A stretch of 64,000 nt of DNA from Octopus sinensis (lineage: Eukaryota), in NCBI RefSeq assembly GCF_006345805.1, contig NC_043000.1, forward strand, positions 157,604,001 to 157,668,000. The letters are read 5' to 3'. The notes under the pieces are model-generated. The model was not told where the DNA came from. It searched no databases and worked only from the letters and a program-made list of their open reading frames with translations. Made by a program: the position numbers and the translations under genes. Of the stretch, positions 51,370-64,000 are shown piece after piece (position 1 is the stretch's first letter; every line of letters begins with the position of its first letter).

Positions 51370-51370
<1 letters not shown>
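50558..51370 (+). mobile_element. Inverted plus tandem repeat array with hammerhead (PLE pseudo-LTR-like)
   Basis: Inverted arm 50602-50660 / 50746-50804. Tail ttattaccctcatatttac at both 50882-50900 and 51350-51368. HHR at 51083-51152 between the tandem tails. Confidence 0.7.
51083..51152 (+). ncRNA. Hammerhead relic (G8A)
   Basis: attccg-CTGATAA-gcta..ccaaat/atttgg..tacc-GAAAC-TTGAGT-T-cgggat: helices I, II and III are all in register. Confidence 0.65.
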
Positions 51371-51436
<66 letters not shown>

Positions 51437-51895
51437 TTATATGCACATGTTTATGTAGGTATGTATGCGTAATGCATGCATGAATGTATGTATGTATGCA
51501 TGTATGTATGTTATTATGCAGCCATCAAGCTGCCTGAAAGGCTGGCATTTAGTTTTGCTATCGGGCGGATTATATCTGTATCCAACAACCGGAAACGAGA
51601 AAGAATAGAGTGAAAAAAGCAAAGATTAAATACAGCGAAAGGACAAAGAATTCTAGACTTTATTGCCATAACATTATATAGCAGAGAAAAAATAACAAAA
51701 TTTGGACAGTCATCGTCATCGCTTCCGTTATTTTTCCTGATATATTTTTCTTGTTTGCGTAAAATATTTTGTTGTGTTTAATAAAATAGAAAGTTTGGAA
51801 CATTTTAGCCTCTGGAGATTAAACCATTCGAAAAAATATAATGATTGTCATATTACAAACATTGTTTTTTTCTATTCTAATGTATAATAATAATA

Positions 51896-51931
<36 letters not shown>

Positions 51932-52059
51932 TAATAATAATAATAATAATAAAGTCAATTTTATCAGTTTTTAGCAATATTTAGAACTGGTACATTTGCA
52001 AAATCCTATGCATTTATTTTTGTTTTTACATTCCTTTGTAACTTTTAGGCATTGGACTG

Positions 52060-52420
52060 CGGTCATTCTGAGAGAACGCCTTGAAGTAGTTAATTGATCA
52101 AATCGGTATCGGTACATATATTTTAAAGTCTGGCACATTTTCTATTGGTGTCTGAAGAATCACCAAGTTTTGGGGGATGTAAACGAATGTCAAGTAGTAC
52201 GAGACAAACACAAATATATATATATATATACACATGCACACATATACATACACATACATGTCAGACTTCCGCACAGATTCCATTCATCAAATTCCCTGAA
52301 AATACATTGCTAGGCTTGAGGTCCATATCTTTTGTCCAAGGCGCTGCACAGTACAGCTGAAACCACACCCAAGGGGTTGCATAGCGAACTTCTTAATTAC
52401 ATAGCCGTGCCTGTGCCTGA
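52060..52420 (-). mobile_element. Degenerate SINE family B
   Basis: gactgcggtcattctg, ccaaggcgctgcacagt and ttaattacatagccgtgcctgtgcct are recognisable. Confidence 0.5.
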
Positions 52421-53339
52421 TGGTTAGAAAACCGAGTAACTCTCTTTTGCTTAGTAAAATATTAAATTTCCCAGATACAGCATTTATTGAGCTACTACGT
52501 TAAAAATTATTACATTTTTGATTTACGCATCTCTCCACCTCTTGTCATCTTTTTGCAGCTCAATTACCCCAAATGTCACATTAATCACAATTCTGAGTTT
52601 TCCCTCACTAGAACGTCATCCCTGATCCGTTGGAATCTGCTCCTTGTTCATCTCATTTCAGTTGTTATAAATGTTCTTTTCTTACACAATGACTTGCGAT
52701 TTTAAAGGAGATTGGCTGTTATTTGCAGCAGGTCAGGTCATACAAGTGAGTAAAAAGCCCCCCCCCCCCTCGCTGGTTCGTTTTATCTGTATTAAAAATC
52801 AAATAGTTGTTATTAAGTATCTAAAATTTTATGGCTGTCTCCATTTTGATATTATGTAACATAATAGAACCACTTATGTAGACAAAATGAATAAAAAGAA
52901 CGAAAGCAAAAGCATCTATCTAGCGAACAATCTTTCACACACGTTTTTCAGTCAAATCACAAAAGATAAATACAATAGCAATATTTTAGAGATATAACTT
53001 TATGCATTAGCCAGATTTTGTGTTACTAATAGACATGGTCATATCAATTCAAATAACACAAGTGGGTTGCAATAATCAAAACGAACGACGCCATTCGAAT
53101 GTATTCTATAGGAACGAATGACAAAATATAAATATGATTAAATAAACTACAATAGAATTACTGGTACTAATTTCCTCGTCTCTCGATATACTGAGGATAC
53201 CATAAGGAAGTTGAAGAAAAAATATACACGACTAATGTGTAAAAAACAAACATACATATACAAACGTACACCGACACGCGGACGATTAGAAAAAAATCGC
53301 AAGCATAAATACACACACATACACATACATTACGCTGGT

Positions 53340-53655
53340 TCACAGGCACACACATGTATACACAGGCTCACATACATACATAGATACATACATACATACA
53401 TATATACATACATACATACATACATACATACATACATACATACATACACACACATACATATATACATAATAATAAATACATACATACATACACACATACA
53501 TAATACATATATACATACATACATACATACATACATACATACATACATACATACATACATACATACATGCATACATACATGCATACATACATACACACAT
53601 ACATACATACACACACACATACATATATATACATAATAATACATACATACACACA
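53340..53655. repeat. (CATA)n array
   Basis: Direct reading. Confidence 0.95.
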
Positions 53656-55167
53656 TTTAAATAGCGATTTAAAGACGAAAGAATGAAGGCACATAGAAAC
53701 AAAAGACACCTAATTAATGGAAATTTAATGAGTGATAAAAATGATTAATTTCAATTCGTTATTTTTTGTGGCCGTTATAGGATGTTGCTGCAGTTCAACC
53801 CAAAGTCATACTCGATCAAGTTAGCCTATGTGAAAAGGCTTTTCAGCCATGACTATATCCATGTCCATATCCATCGGTTTCGGTGTATCTAGGGCTACAT
53901 TATCCAGTGTGTCCAATATCCAAGATGTTCCATTGTTGATGCAGCTGTTGTTTTTGTTGTCGATTAGGATGATAATGACGATGAAGATGATAAAAAAAGA
54001 AGATGGGGTGGTAATAGCTGAAACAAAGAAGATAACAATTCTTAAATAACAAGGTATTTTATTTTATATTGATAAATGTATTATTTATTCAAGATGTATT
54101 TTTCTTTCTGATATTGATTTTAATTATCCCAGTTGTCCCAGACTTTCTCTGTCTCTATCGTTCTGTTTGCACATCTCTTTCTTTGTCTCTTCGTTTTTAA
54201 CTTCTACTTGTTCCACATCCATTAATTATTCTACAACTACTACAACTTACATCACTACCATCACTACCAACTCCAACGCCACCACCATCACCATCACCAC
54301 AACACCACTTCTACCGCCTCCGCCCACTACCGTTACCATAACCGCCACTACCATTCCCATCATTACTAAATTTTTGTTTTCTCTTTTTAAAGTTTTTATT
54401 CTTATATGTGGACATGTTATTAATATTCGTTGATAATTTAATTCTTCTAATTGAGTTTTATTTTCCTTCAAGTAGGATTCTAATGGCATTTCAAATGATG
54501 TCTTTTTTTTCTCATTAGAATGAAAGTAAAGCAAAAATACGAAAAGATATATAGTAAAAATAACAACTGAAGCAACAATACTAATAACAAGCCTTTTCTA
54601 TAGAAAAAAGTAACGAGCACAAAAATATCCGATAATAACAATATTATTAATTATTATTAATATATTTATGTTTTTATTATGGACAGATTTTTTTCATAAG
54701 GACAAAATGTGGATGATGAAAAATCGCTGTTCAAATATATCAGACTTGAAGTCTGAGACTGAAGCAAACATTTTCCCCATATCCACATGTTGTAAGACAA
54801 AGCTACATTAAATTTAATTTCGACAAATACATTGAATATTCTCTTTTGAGAATGCAATAGATAAACTGTGCGAATGTTGCACATGTGAAGGCAATCAAAA
54901 GGCTACGTTAATAATGTCGCATGGATCATCTAATCGAAATTGTATTGAAAGTATAAATTGAAAAGTCGGAGCTTGTATAAGCACTAAATTCTGCATATTG
55001 TTATGCTTAAAAATATGAAGATATTACGAGATTTGGCGAACTAATACAACTATATGATACAAATTAATGAGCATGATACTGTTGCCGTGAGCATAATATC
55101 AAATGATACCTGAAAATTCAGGGACTGGCATCAAGAATTTAAGGAAATATGAAGTATCAAGATCAGG

Positions 55168-55203
<36 letters not shown>

Positions 55204-55404
55204 CAAATGTGCTGTCACCAAAGACGCTATATGTAATACTTCTTTCTACTTTTGGCATTTCCAGCAATTTTTAGGAGAGATAATCGATTTCATTGACCCC
55301 GGAGTAGGAGAGGATAAAAGACAAAAATCGACCTTGGAGACATTTAATCTCAGAACGTAAAGCTGGAAGCAATGCGGAGTGCCAGCGACTCTGTCAGTTC
55401 ACAA

Positions 55405-55945
55405 CTCTAAGGTTATAGGTAGTAACCCGCTATCCACATAAATTCTTCCAGGAATAAGAACAAACCTGAGTGAAATGGAATAATAATAATAAAATTTGAA
55501 ATTTCAAGAATTTGGAATATGAAAAGTGCAAAGGTTGTGCTTAAAATAATTGGTGCATTGGTAACTGTAAGCAAAAATATAGATAATTTTATAAATATTT
55601 TTGAGCTTTTTCTAAATGCATCGCACCAAAACGTTCCACTGAATACGAGCTCATACTAAAAAAGAAAAGAAATTTATGAATACTGCATTTCTAAAGCCTC
55701 TCCTTTATGCCTTATTCTCCTTCTCTTTCTCTTTCCCTATCTCTTTCTCGCTTTGTCTATAATTATCAATTGTTTACCTTTGGGGTTTGGTCGATATACC
55801 CTTTTAATGTGTTGAAAGAGACTGGAATAAAATGGTTGAAGGAGACTTGAGTAAAATTTCCTGTAGAGCTTCTACAGAAAGTTTGCCTCTTAGGAACAGG
55901 AAAGCTTATCAGAAAGGTTTGGAGCCCTTGAAAGACTATTGAATA
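55405..55945 (+). mobile_element. R4/Dong-clade fragments: 3'UTR with TAA tail, then RLE C-terminal pieces
   Basis: The 3'UTR is shared with 2150-2174. WNMKSAKVVLKIIGALVTVSKNIDNF (~55510-55590) and VELLQKVCLLGTGKLIRKV (~55863-55920). Confidence 0.75.
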
Positions 55946-56039
55946 TTAATGTATACCCAAGGTTACAGTTAGTAACTATTTCCCCACAAATTCTGCCAGC
56001 AATAAGACCGATTCTGAGTAAAAAAAATAACTCCTCCCC

Positions 56040-56195
56040 TAGAGGAACAATTACTGCTCTTAGTACTTGACTGGTATTTATTTCATGAACACGAAAGCCT
56101 GGAAAGCGGAACTTGAACTCAGAAGGTAAAGACGTACGAAAGTCCAATAAGCATTTCGTCCGGTCCGCAAACAATTCTGCCAACTTGCTGCCTTA
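56040..56195 (-). mobile_element. Degenerate SINE family A
   Basis: gcggaacttgaactcagaagg..aagacg...aagcatttcgtccgg...attctgccaacttgctgcctt. Confidence 0.65.
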
Positions 56196-59100
56196 ATAAT
56201 AATTATGTGTAGAGTATATCACTACCACACCCCTACACTCGATCAGAAGTTGAAGTCCCCAAGCCAGACCAAATCTGCATGGTTAGCACTCTTTCTTTAT
56301 TATGCAAATTATACTGTTAAAAAATCCCTCAGTCAACTCTCGAAAACAAGCAATGAGGAGACCTGATAAACTGGTGGTGTATAATAATACTGAAATATTT
56401 CTGTGGCTGACACTGAGCCTAGTAATAAAAATCCTAAGTAAACATGAAAATTAACACCACATTTTCTTAAATTTATCTCAATCTTTTCTTTGAGGATTGC
56501 TACATATCACCGCTAGGTTTTGTGAAATTTTCTCTGTAACCTCTAACAGGAAAATTTCAATTCATCTAGCAATTTTACGTTCATCATTCAGTAGATCACC
56601 ACTTACCTGAATGATTGTCATGAAAGCTTACAGCACTGATGCGCACAATCACAGATTTGATATACAAATGCACACACCCACAGAATGACTGATTAATAAG
56701 CAATATATATATAACTCACATGCTTACCTGCATGTCACGTGATATTCCTGCTATTCTGACCCAATAGGAATTGACTGCCCTCTATCGATTCATACTATAT
56801 GCATACAGCTTTTATCGATGTATCTATTGTTACTCCAGTTCTGTTTTAACACATTAAAAGGGTATATCGACCAAACCCAAAAAATAAACAATTGATAATT
56901 ATAGACAAAGCGAGAAAGAGATAGGGAAAGAGAAAGAGAAGGAGAATAAGGCATAAAGGAGAGGTTTTAGAAATGCAGTATTCATAAATTTCTTTCTTTG
57001 CTTTTTTTGTATGAGCTCGTATTCAGTGGAACGTTTTGGTGCAATGCATTTAAAAAAAGCTCAAAAATATTTATGAAAGTGAATAATTTTCTTTATATTT
57101 AGAAATGTAACCGGTTGTGTGCAATAGAGTGCTGGTTCGTAACGTAACTCGTCATAGCAAATATATTTTTGCTTTATTATTGTTGTTCCTCTGGACGTTT
57201 TGCCCTAGGTCAGCCCTGATTTAGCAAACCATTGATTATTGGTGTTCAGGTCATGATTATTTAGTCTTTGTCTGAGAAACAATGAATTCAGAAGTACATC
57301 ATCTTCTTAGGATGGGTGAAAGGAGATATATTTTGCTGTTACTTATTTTATCTGCCCGGAATAGTGAAAGGCAAATCGACCAAATGTAATGTCTTTATCA
57401 GCCGCTCTACACATTTGCTCGCCCCATGTCATGTCATAAATGTTGCCGTCCTAGTGGACAGACGATAGTATAATTGTTAGAAATGCTTTGTGGTATTTAT
57501 ATGATTATATGTATTCTCAAAAGTGTTCAGTTCTCCTCTCGCTGTAATCGGCAAAGCAGATTTCTTCTGGAGTTGAAATAAATATCAGTCAAAGTGTAGG
57601 CAAAATAATTATCAGTCAAGTACCACGGTCTGCTCTAAATTTGCCTTGTCTTATATTAGAAAATATAACGTATAGCGATGGAGATTCTTATCCGTGCATC
57701 TCAGCTTAGTTAAAGATCGACATTTCCTTGTTAAAGAGGGAAATATGGAGTTGATGAGTAATTTTGTGTTCAATCAAGAAAAATCAGTATATTTTAGCTG
57801 AGATTTGAATGAATAACTAAATACTAAATATGATTTTCGCGTGCCTATGAGGATTTTCGTAGTACTAGACATACCAGCCAAACCATCCTGAAATTAAACG
57901 AAACCCCACTGAAAATGGATGGATACATCGAGAAGTGTACTTTTAGGAAGGTAATTCCAAGGGAAGGATGGTGGTTGGAATGCTTTACATCATATTAATG
58001 TTAAGTCAGAGTTGACCTGAAGTACAAAACTTTATTTTTCGGCAGACTTGCTACAAGCCAGTTCTTCGTAGTTATTAAGTCTGAAAGAAATAGTGACCAA
58101 ATATCCTTATCATATTCTACTATCTAAACTAAATGGCAATTGGAAAAAAAACTTTATTTCTGGAACCTATTGTCAAAAGATGATAAGCTTTCTTACTCAG
58201 CGCTCGTAAAGTTGGGACTAAACTTGCATTAACAACTAAGATTTTCTTAAATCATATTTTACATCTAGATTCATGGGAAGTTCTGAGTACAGACAAGTAA
58301 ATTCTGTGTAGGTATTGTCTGTAATCTGCTTTCGTTCTAACGTAACATGAAGAGTAAAAATGCACTATCTCCTATTTCGGATGCCACACGCGATTTCGTT
58401 TACTCACACAAATCCATGGAACGTAGTGCTACCACTTGCATATAACTTCTTTATCCATTCTGAAACAATATAATATAATCGAATATTATATAATATTAAA
58501 ACAGTAAAAAAGGATTTGTATTTAACTCACTGAAGAAACTGTCTTTGTTACTGGAGGCTAGATTCATAGCTTATAGATTAGGAATTTCAAGTCCGTTATA
58601 AGCCTTGTATCATCAGTTCATTGTAATTATGAAACATGATAGACACACTAGTTCAAGAGTATTAAGATTCTAATTGAGGAGTCCTGATGCAGAATATTAT
58701 ATTCTTAGCACTTCACTTATGGGTGAATTTTTTAAACAATTTTACGTTGTTGTGTTTTAAGCATACGTAAAGGATGCAGCTTCCAAATCTGGTACCGACA
58801 TATTCAGGTTAATTCACCATAACAAAAAACAGGTTCAAGAGAGGTTTCCCTCAAAGAACCAATGTGTCAAGTGATATATTAATGTTGGCCTATTTATTCA
58901 AACAATGAACTAAGGAGATTATTAGCTATGGTCACCTCACAGACTTTAAGATAAGTAGCAAAATTTGGGCACCTACTTTATTTGCGATTGTTGGGAACTT
59001 GAAACATGAAAATAATTTCAAATCTCTTTGTTTTGTTTAAATAATTATATATAACTGTATTAAATCAAAGCAAAATGCAAAGTACAATGTCTTTGCAATA

Positions 59101-60204
59101 TTTAATAGTTGATCCCATCATCGGGGAAACTAAGATTATAATCTTATAATAACCCCTACACATTGTGTATACCTGCACATGCACACACACACGCATGCGC
59201 AGAAATACACACACACGCATGCGCACAAATACACACACACATATATTTGTGTTAATGTGTATGCATACATAAACATGCACATGCATACATATATAGTCGA
59301 AATCATTTAAGAGAAAATCTCACGGTTATCAACGTCACAAATTTGTCCATCAGAGATAACGAAAAAATTAAGTGCCATGAAAAATGAATATTAGAGCATT
59401 TGAAATTATTGGGAGGGTAAACAAACATCTAGCGGCAAATACACCTGACTAAGAATGAGAAAGGAGAGTCGATCTCAGGGAATCAGAATCTTTACTGAAT
59501 TTATATGCCATTAATGAAAAGAAAACCTTTCCTGAGTCAGCTAGGTAGTTAATTAAACGTTTTTACAGCTACTGTCATTAGTACAGAAATTGCTTTCACT
59601 TAACACCAAGCATAAGACTTAATGCTTCTAAACAAATGATAACAGAATAAAATGCAAAAAAATAACTCTCCATTCCTACAATATAAATACATACATAAAT
59701 GTAGGGGTTTATTATTTAGGGAAAGTAAATTTTCCTTACTTCTAAGAAAATTCCTATTAATTAAGGTAATTAATATTTTTTAGGATGAGGGTCCTTCGAG
59801 CAAGATGCCAGAACTTTACCTAGATTTGATGTAATCTTTGAATATTAACAATACCTGAGAAGAGTTTAATCTCTCAATTTCATAATAAACAGTGATGCAC
59901 AATTAATGTTCTTGATTACATGCAATTAATATACGAAAGAAAGCTTTGAGACAATAATGTAAATAATAAACGTATTTAAGAAATACATTTATAAATAATA
60001 TTTTGCATTACGTTTAGTGTACGTTGGACAAGAAGAGCTATAATTCAGAGACATCGGCTGAAGCATAGTATTTTAACAAGTATTTTAATTCAAACGGTGA
60101 AACTGGTTGTGGCACTTAACATGCTCATTCGTACTCAATAAGCATGCACACGCGAACACAGACACAGATGCACACACTAACATACGCAAAAGGATAGACA
60201 CATA

Positions 60205-60440
60205 TTTAATTCTTCATTGCCCACAAGGGGCTACACATAGAGGGGACAAACAAGGACAGACAAATGGATTAAGTCGATTACATTGACCCCAGTGCATAAC
60301 TGGTACTTATTTAATCGACCCCGAAAGGATGAAAGGCAAAGTTAACCTCGGCGGAATTTGAACTCAGAACATAACGGCAGACAAAATATGGCTACGTATT
60401 TCACCCGGCGTGCTAACGTTTCTACCAAGCTCGCCACCTT
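60205..60440 (-). mobile_element. SINE family A, monomer
   Basis: cccacaaggggct...gaaaggatgaaaggcaaagttaacctcggcggaatttgaactcagaac...caagctcgccacct. Confidence 0.88.
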
Positions 60441-61084
60441 GGGCACACACATATTTATGGGTTTATTCGAGTCATTGAGTCATTCACTGCGTTTATTTAT
60501 TTTACATGCAGACAAATTAGAATCTCATACTTGTAGAGCACTCTCGGTGTATACAGGTTCGAGTTAGAGGACAAATGTATGCTTTGTGAAAGTCACATGT
60601 GCATAGCTACAAACATCTCTTTCCCTCTCTCTCTCTCTCAATCTATCTATCTAACTTCAAACACGCACATATATAAAAGCAGTCACATAAAAATTACTCT
60701 AAGCCATTCAATCCATCTTTAAAGTGTTTGTCTATTTCCACGCATATGTTACAGAGGGTTGGCTGCATTTGACATGAGTGACTTGACGATTATTATTGTC
60801 GTAACAGGTTCTGAACTTCTGAGTAGCTTAGAAGGGAACATATAAACATTTCTTTTCTGTCTATATCAGCAATAATTCAGTTCATTTTTTACCCTCTGTC
60901 GTCTGTCTGTCTCTCTCTCTCCAAAACTCTCATACTAAGAACGATGGGCTAGTAGAGAGGCCAATAAATTGAGAATGATATTCCTGAGTAGATGAACAAA
61001 AATTAACAGAAAGAAAGATAAGAGTGAAATACACACAAAGGACGTGGAGAAATACATGTTTACAGGAATATAATATATATATAT

Positions 61085-61104
61085 AAAGATAGATAGATAG
61101 ATAA

Positions 61105-61184
<80 letters not shown>

Positions 61185-61195
61185 GTAGATAAGTA
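61085..61195. repeat. (GATA)n microsatellite
   Basis: Direct reading. Confidence 0.97.
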
Positions 61196-61358
61196 AACAG
61201 AGATTGATTATAAAGTACTAAGAGTAACATGAATAAAAGCAACACCAGAAGATCAGAAACGAAATGTGTTCTTAACACACCTAGTTCTCTGTAATATTTA
61301 CCTGGTTTTATGGCTGGATATTGATTCTTTCTTTTCCTTTGATTTTACGCCCTGGTGC

Positions 61359-61411
<53 letters not shown>

Positions 61412-61768
61412 GTGTGTGTGAATGTGTGCTTGTTCGTATATGAGAGTGTATTTATGAATATATGTACATGCATAGTAATATATACATACATTCATACATA
61501 CATACATACATATATATACACAAACGCGCGCGCACACACACATATATATAATATGTATATATATATATAGATAATAGTACACACACATACATATATGTTT
61601 ATATGTAAGCGTATACTGTGTATACATATTTTTATATTTATCCATATACGCGCATACACAAACACCCCCCCCCACACACACACACACAAACACACACAGA
61701 CATATATATATTGACATATATTTATAAATATACAAGCAATAGGATCTTTCTGTACACGAAGAGATCTT

Positions 61769-61805
61769 TGACAGGACTCCTTACATGTTAAAAAGGCCAG
61801 TTAAA
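61769..61805 (-). repeat. Fragment of the 50602-50804 repeat family
   Basis: tgacaggactccttacatgttaaaaaggccagttaaa matches 50612-50648. Confidence 0.8.
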
Positions 61806-61849
61806 GCCTAACCTACAAAAAGAAGAATATGTGTTTGTGTATTATATTA

Positions 61850-61869
61850 TCCATCTATCTATCTATCTG

Positions 61870-61950
<81 letters not shown>

Positions 61951-62013
61951 CTATCTCTCTATCTATCTATCTATCTATCTATATATCTAGCTATCTATCT
62001 ATCTATCTATCTA
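61850..62013. repeat. (TATC)n array
   Basis: Direct reading. Confidence 0.96.
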
Positions 62014-62025
62014 CATATGCATTAA

Positions 62026-62231
62026 AGTAGGCTACTGGAATACCACTTACTGGATATAGGAGTTAACACTCCAAATCCAGACATTTCTCACGCACGGTGA
62101 ATGTAACGAATATTATAAAATTAGGCCTTATCTTGTATAAACCACAAAGCAAGTGTTTCTTAATAGTGAGAAATCGGTGAATTTGGAGTGTAAACCCCTA
62201 TTTCTAACAAGTGGTATTCCAGTAACCTACT
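62026..62231. mobile_element. MITE with ~66-bp TIRs and TTAA-like TSD (Kolobok-like termini)
   Basis: TTAA|agtaggctactggaataccactt...tttctcac (62026-62091) is inverted at gtgagaaa...aagtggtattccagtaacctact|TTAT (62166-62231). Confidence 0.75.
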
Positions 62232-62942
62232 TTATTTATATTATATATAAATACATATATACGTACACACACAGGCACACACACACATACACACACACAT
62301 ATATATATATATATATATTAGAAATAATTCAGATTCAGTTAATTGAATAAGGTGCTTAAGATGGGGCACCAATTCAATCCGGTAATATCCGCACAGCTTG
62401 AAGTAACAAGGATGTTAAGGTATTAGTGCATTACGGCCGTTTCAGTCGACTCCATTTAATCGAACAATGCCAGATTTACATCAATTTGAAATACACCACA
62501 TTCCTCGGATGCAGAAGACCATATAGGTTTTCATCTTACGGGTTTAGCAAATTTCTCATCAGAATTAGAGAATAAAAGATTTACATGTATGTTGCTAGTA
62601 TTGTGGTAGAATGACGCTAGGGCGAAAATACCTCCAACTATAATTTGGAGGCAAAAGAGAATAACAATCTGGCTCAAAAGATGTTAAGTATATATCTATC
62701 TATCTTTCTATGTATGTATGTATGTATGTATGTATGTATGTATGTATGTATGTATGTATGTATGTATGTATGTATGCATGTATGTATGCATGTATGCATG
62801 TATGTATGTATGTATGTATATATATATATGTGTGTGTGGTGTGTGTGTTTATATAGACATATATATATATGTATAATATATATATTTATATAAATAAAAA
62901 TATATATGTATGTATGTATGTATGTTGTATATATATATATAT

Positions 62943-62992
<50 letters not shown>

Positions 62993-63015
62993 TGCTATAA
63001 GTTAGACATGGCCTG

Positions 63016-63049
63016 GACCAATCTCTGGTCGAAACATATGTATGAACCC
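63016..63049 (+). ncRNA. 3' half of a hammerhead-like motif
   Basis: gacca atctc tggtc-GAAAC-ATATGT-A; no CUGANGA upstream. Confidence 0.3.
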
Positions 63050-63522
63050 AATGCCGACAGTAGGAGTAAACCACAATCAATAGTTAGGCGTGAGAGAAAT
63101 CAAAAAAACAAATACAAAAGAAAACAAAAATTATTGTAATATATTCTATAAAGAAAAAAATGATAACTGGTGAGTATAACAAAAGCAAGGTGCAAACAAA
63201 TTATTCTCAACAGCAGCATTATTAAAAAGAAGACCATCAATAACGACATCGATGAGATTGTTATTTATTAGGAAAAAGGAGAATCGTAAATATATCTGAA
63301 ATTCTATGAATGAAACGGAGGGAATCAAGTGCAAATCACATCACTAATAAACACACAGAGGCACACGCGTACACACACACATGCGCGCGCATCCCCCACG
63401 CAACACGCACACATATCTGTATGTATTTAATGTGTGTTCAGGTATATTTCTGTAATAGAAAGTATGTTTGTGAATGAGTATATGTTTTGATTTCAATATA
63501 TACATGTATTCATATTCGTATG

Positions 63523-63566
63523 CCTGGATACCTGGATACCTGAATACCTGGATACCTGAATACCTG
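63523..63566. repeat. 8-bp tandem repeat (CCTGRATA)x5.5
   Basis: Direct reading. Confidence 0.95.
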
Positions 63567-63602
63567 TCAGTGTATATTGATGTTTACTTGAACAAAACAG
63601 AA

Positions 63603-63860
<258 letters not shown>

Positions 63861-64000
63861 TATATATGTATATATATCTACCTCTCTCTCTCTCACATTT
63901 CTCTGATCCCTTTTGATCGAAAACTTACGCCACTATTTTTGTTTCTTTTGTTTTTTGTTTTTTTTTGTTTTTTTCATCCCACAAAGAAAAGCTCTGCCTT

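Overview
AT-rich eukaryotic DNA. The SINE families and very dense microsatellites point to an octopod cephalopod (Octopus-like); this is inferred from repeat recognition, not from a search. I find no confidently supported host protein-coding gene, tRNA, rRNA or CRISPR array, and almost all ORF-track entries are translated microsatellites. The window is a retroelement graveyard: R4/Dong-type RLE LINE remnants ending in (TAA)n, a 5'-truncated CR1-clade LINE, three decayed Penelope-like element (PLE) coding remnants, at least five tRNA-headed SINE families, several MITE-like palindromes and one 100-N gap. The standout signal is about 10 minimal type-I hammerhead-ribozyme (HHR) motifs from several distinct repeat families. 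One lies inside a 303-bp tRNA-headed SINE bounded by a perfect 10-bp target-site duplication (29186-29488), a candidate ribozyme-bearing SINE that may be mobilised by Penelope elements. Two related (TA)n-embedded mini-element subfamilies carry non-canonical cores (A6U, U4C), and two HHR loci show the inverted plus tandem repeat architecture typical of PLE pseudo-LTRs.
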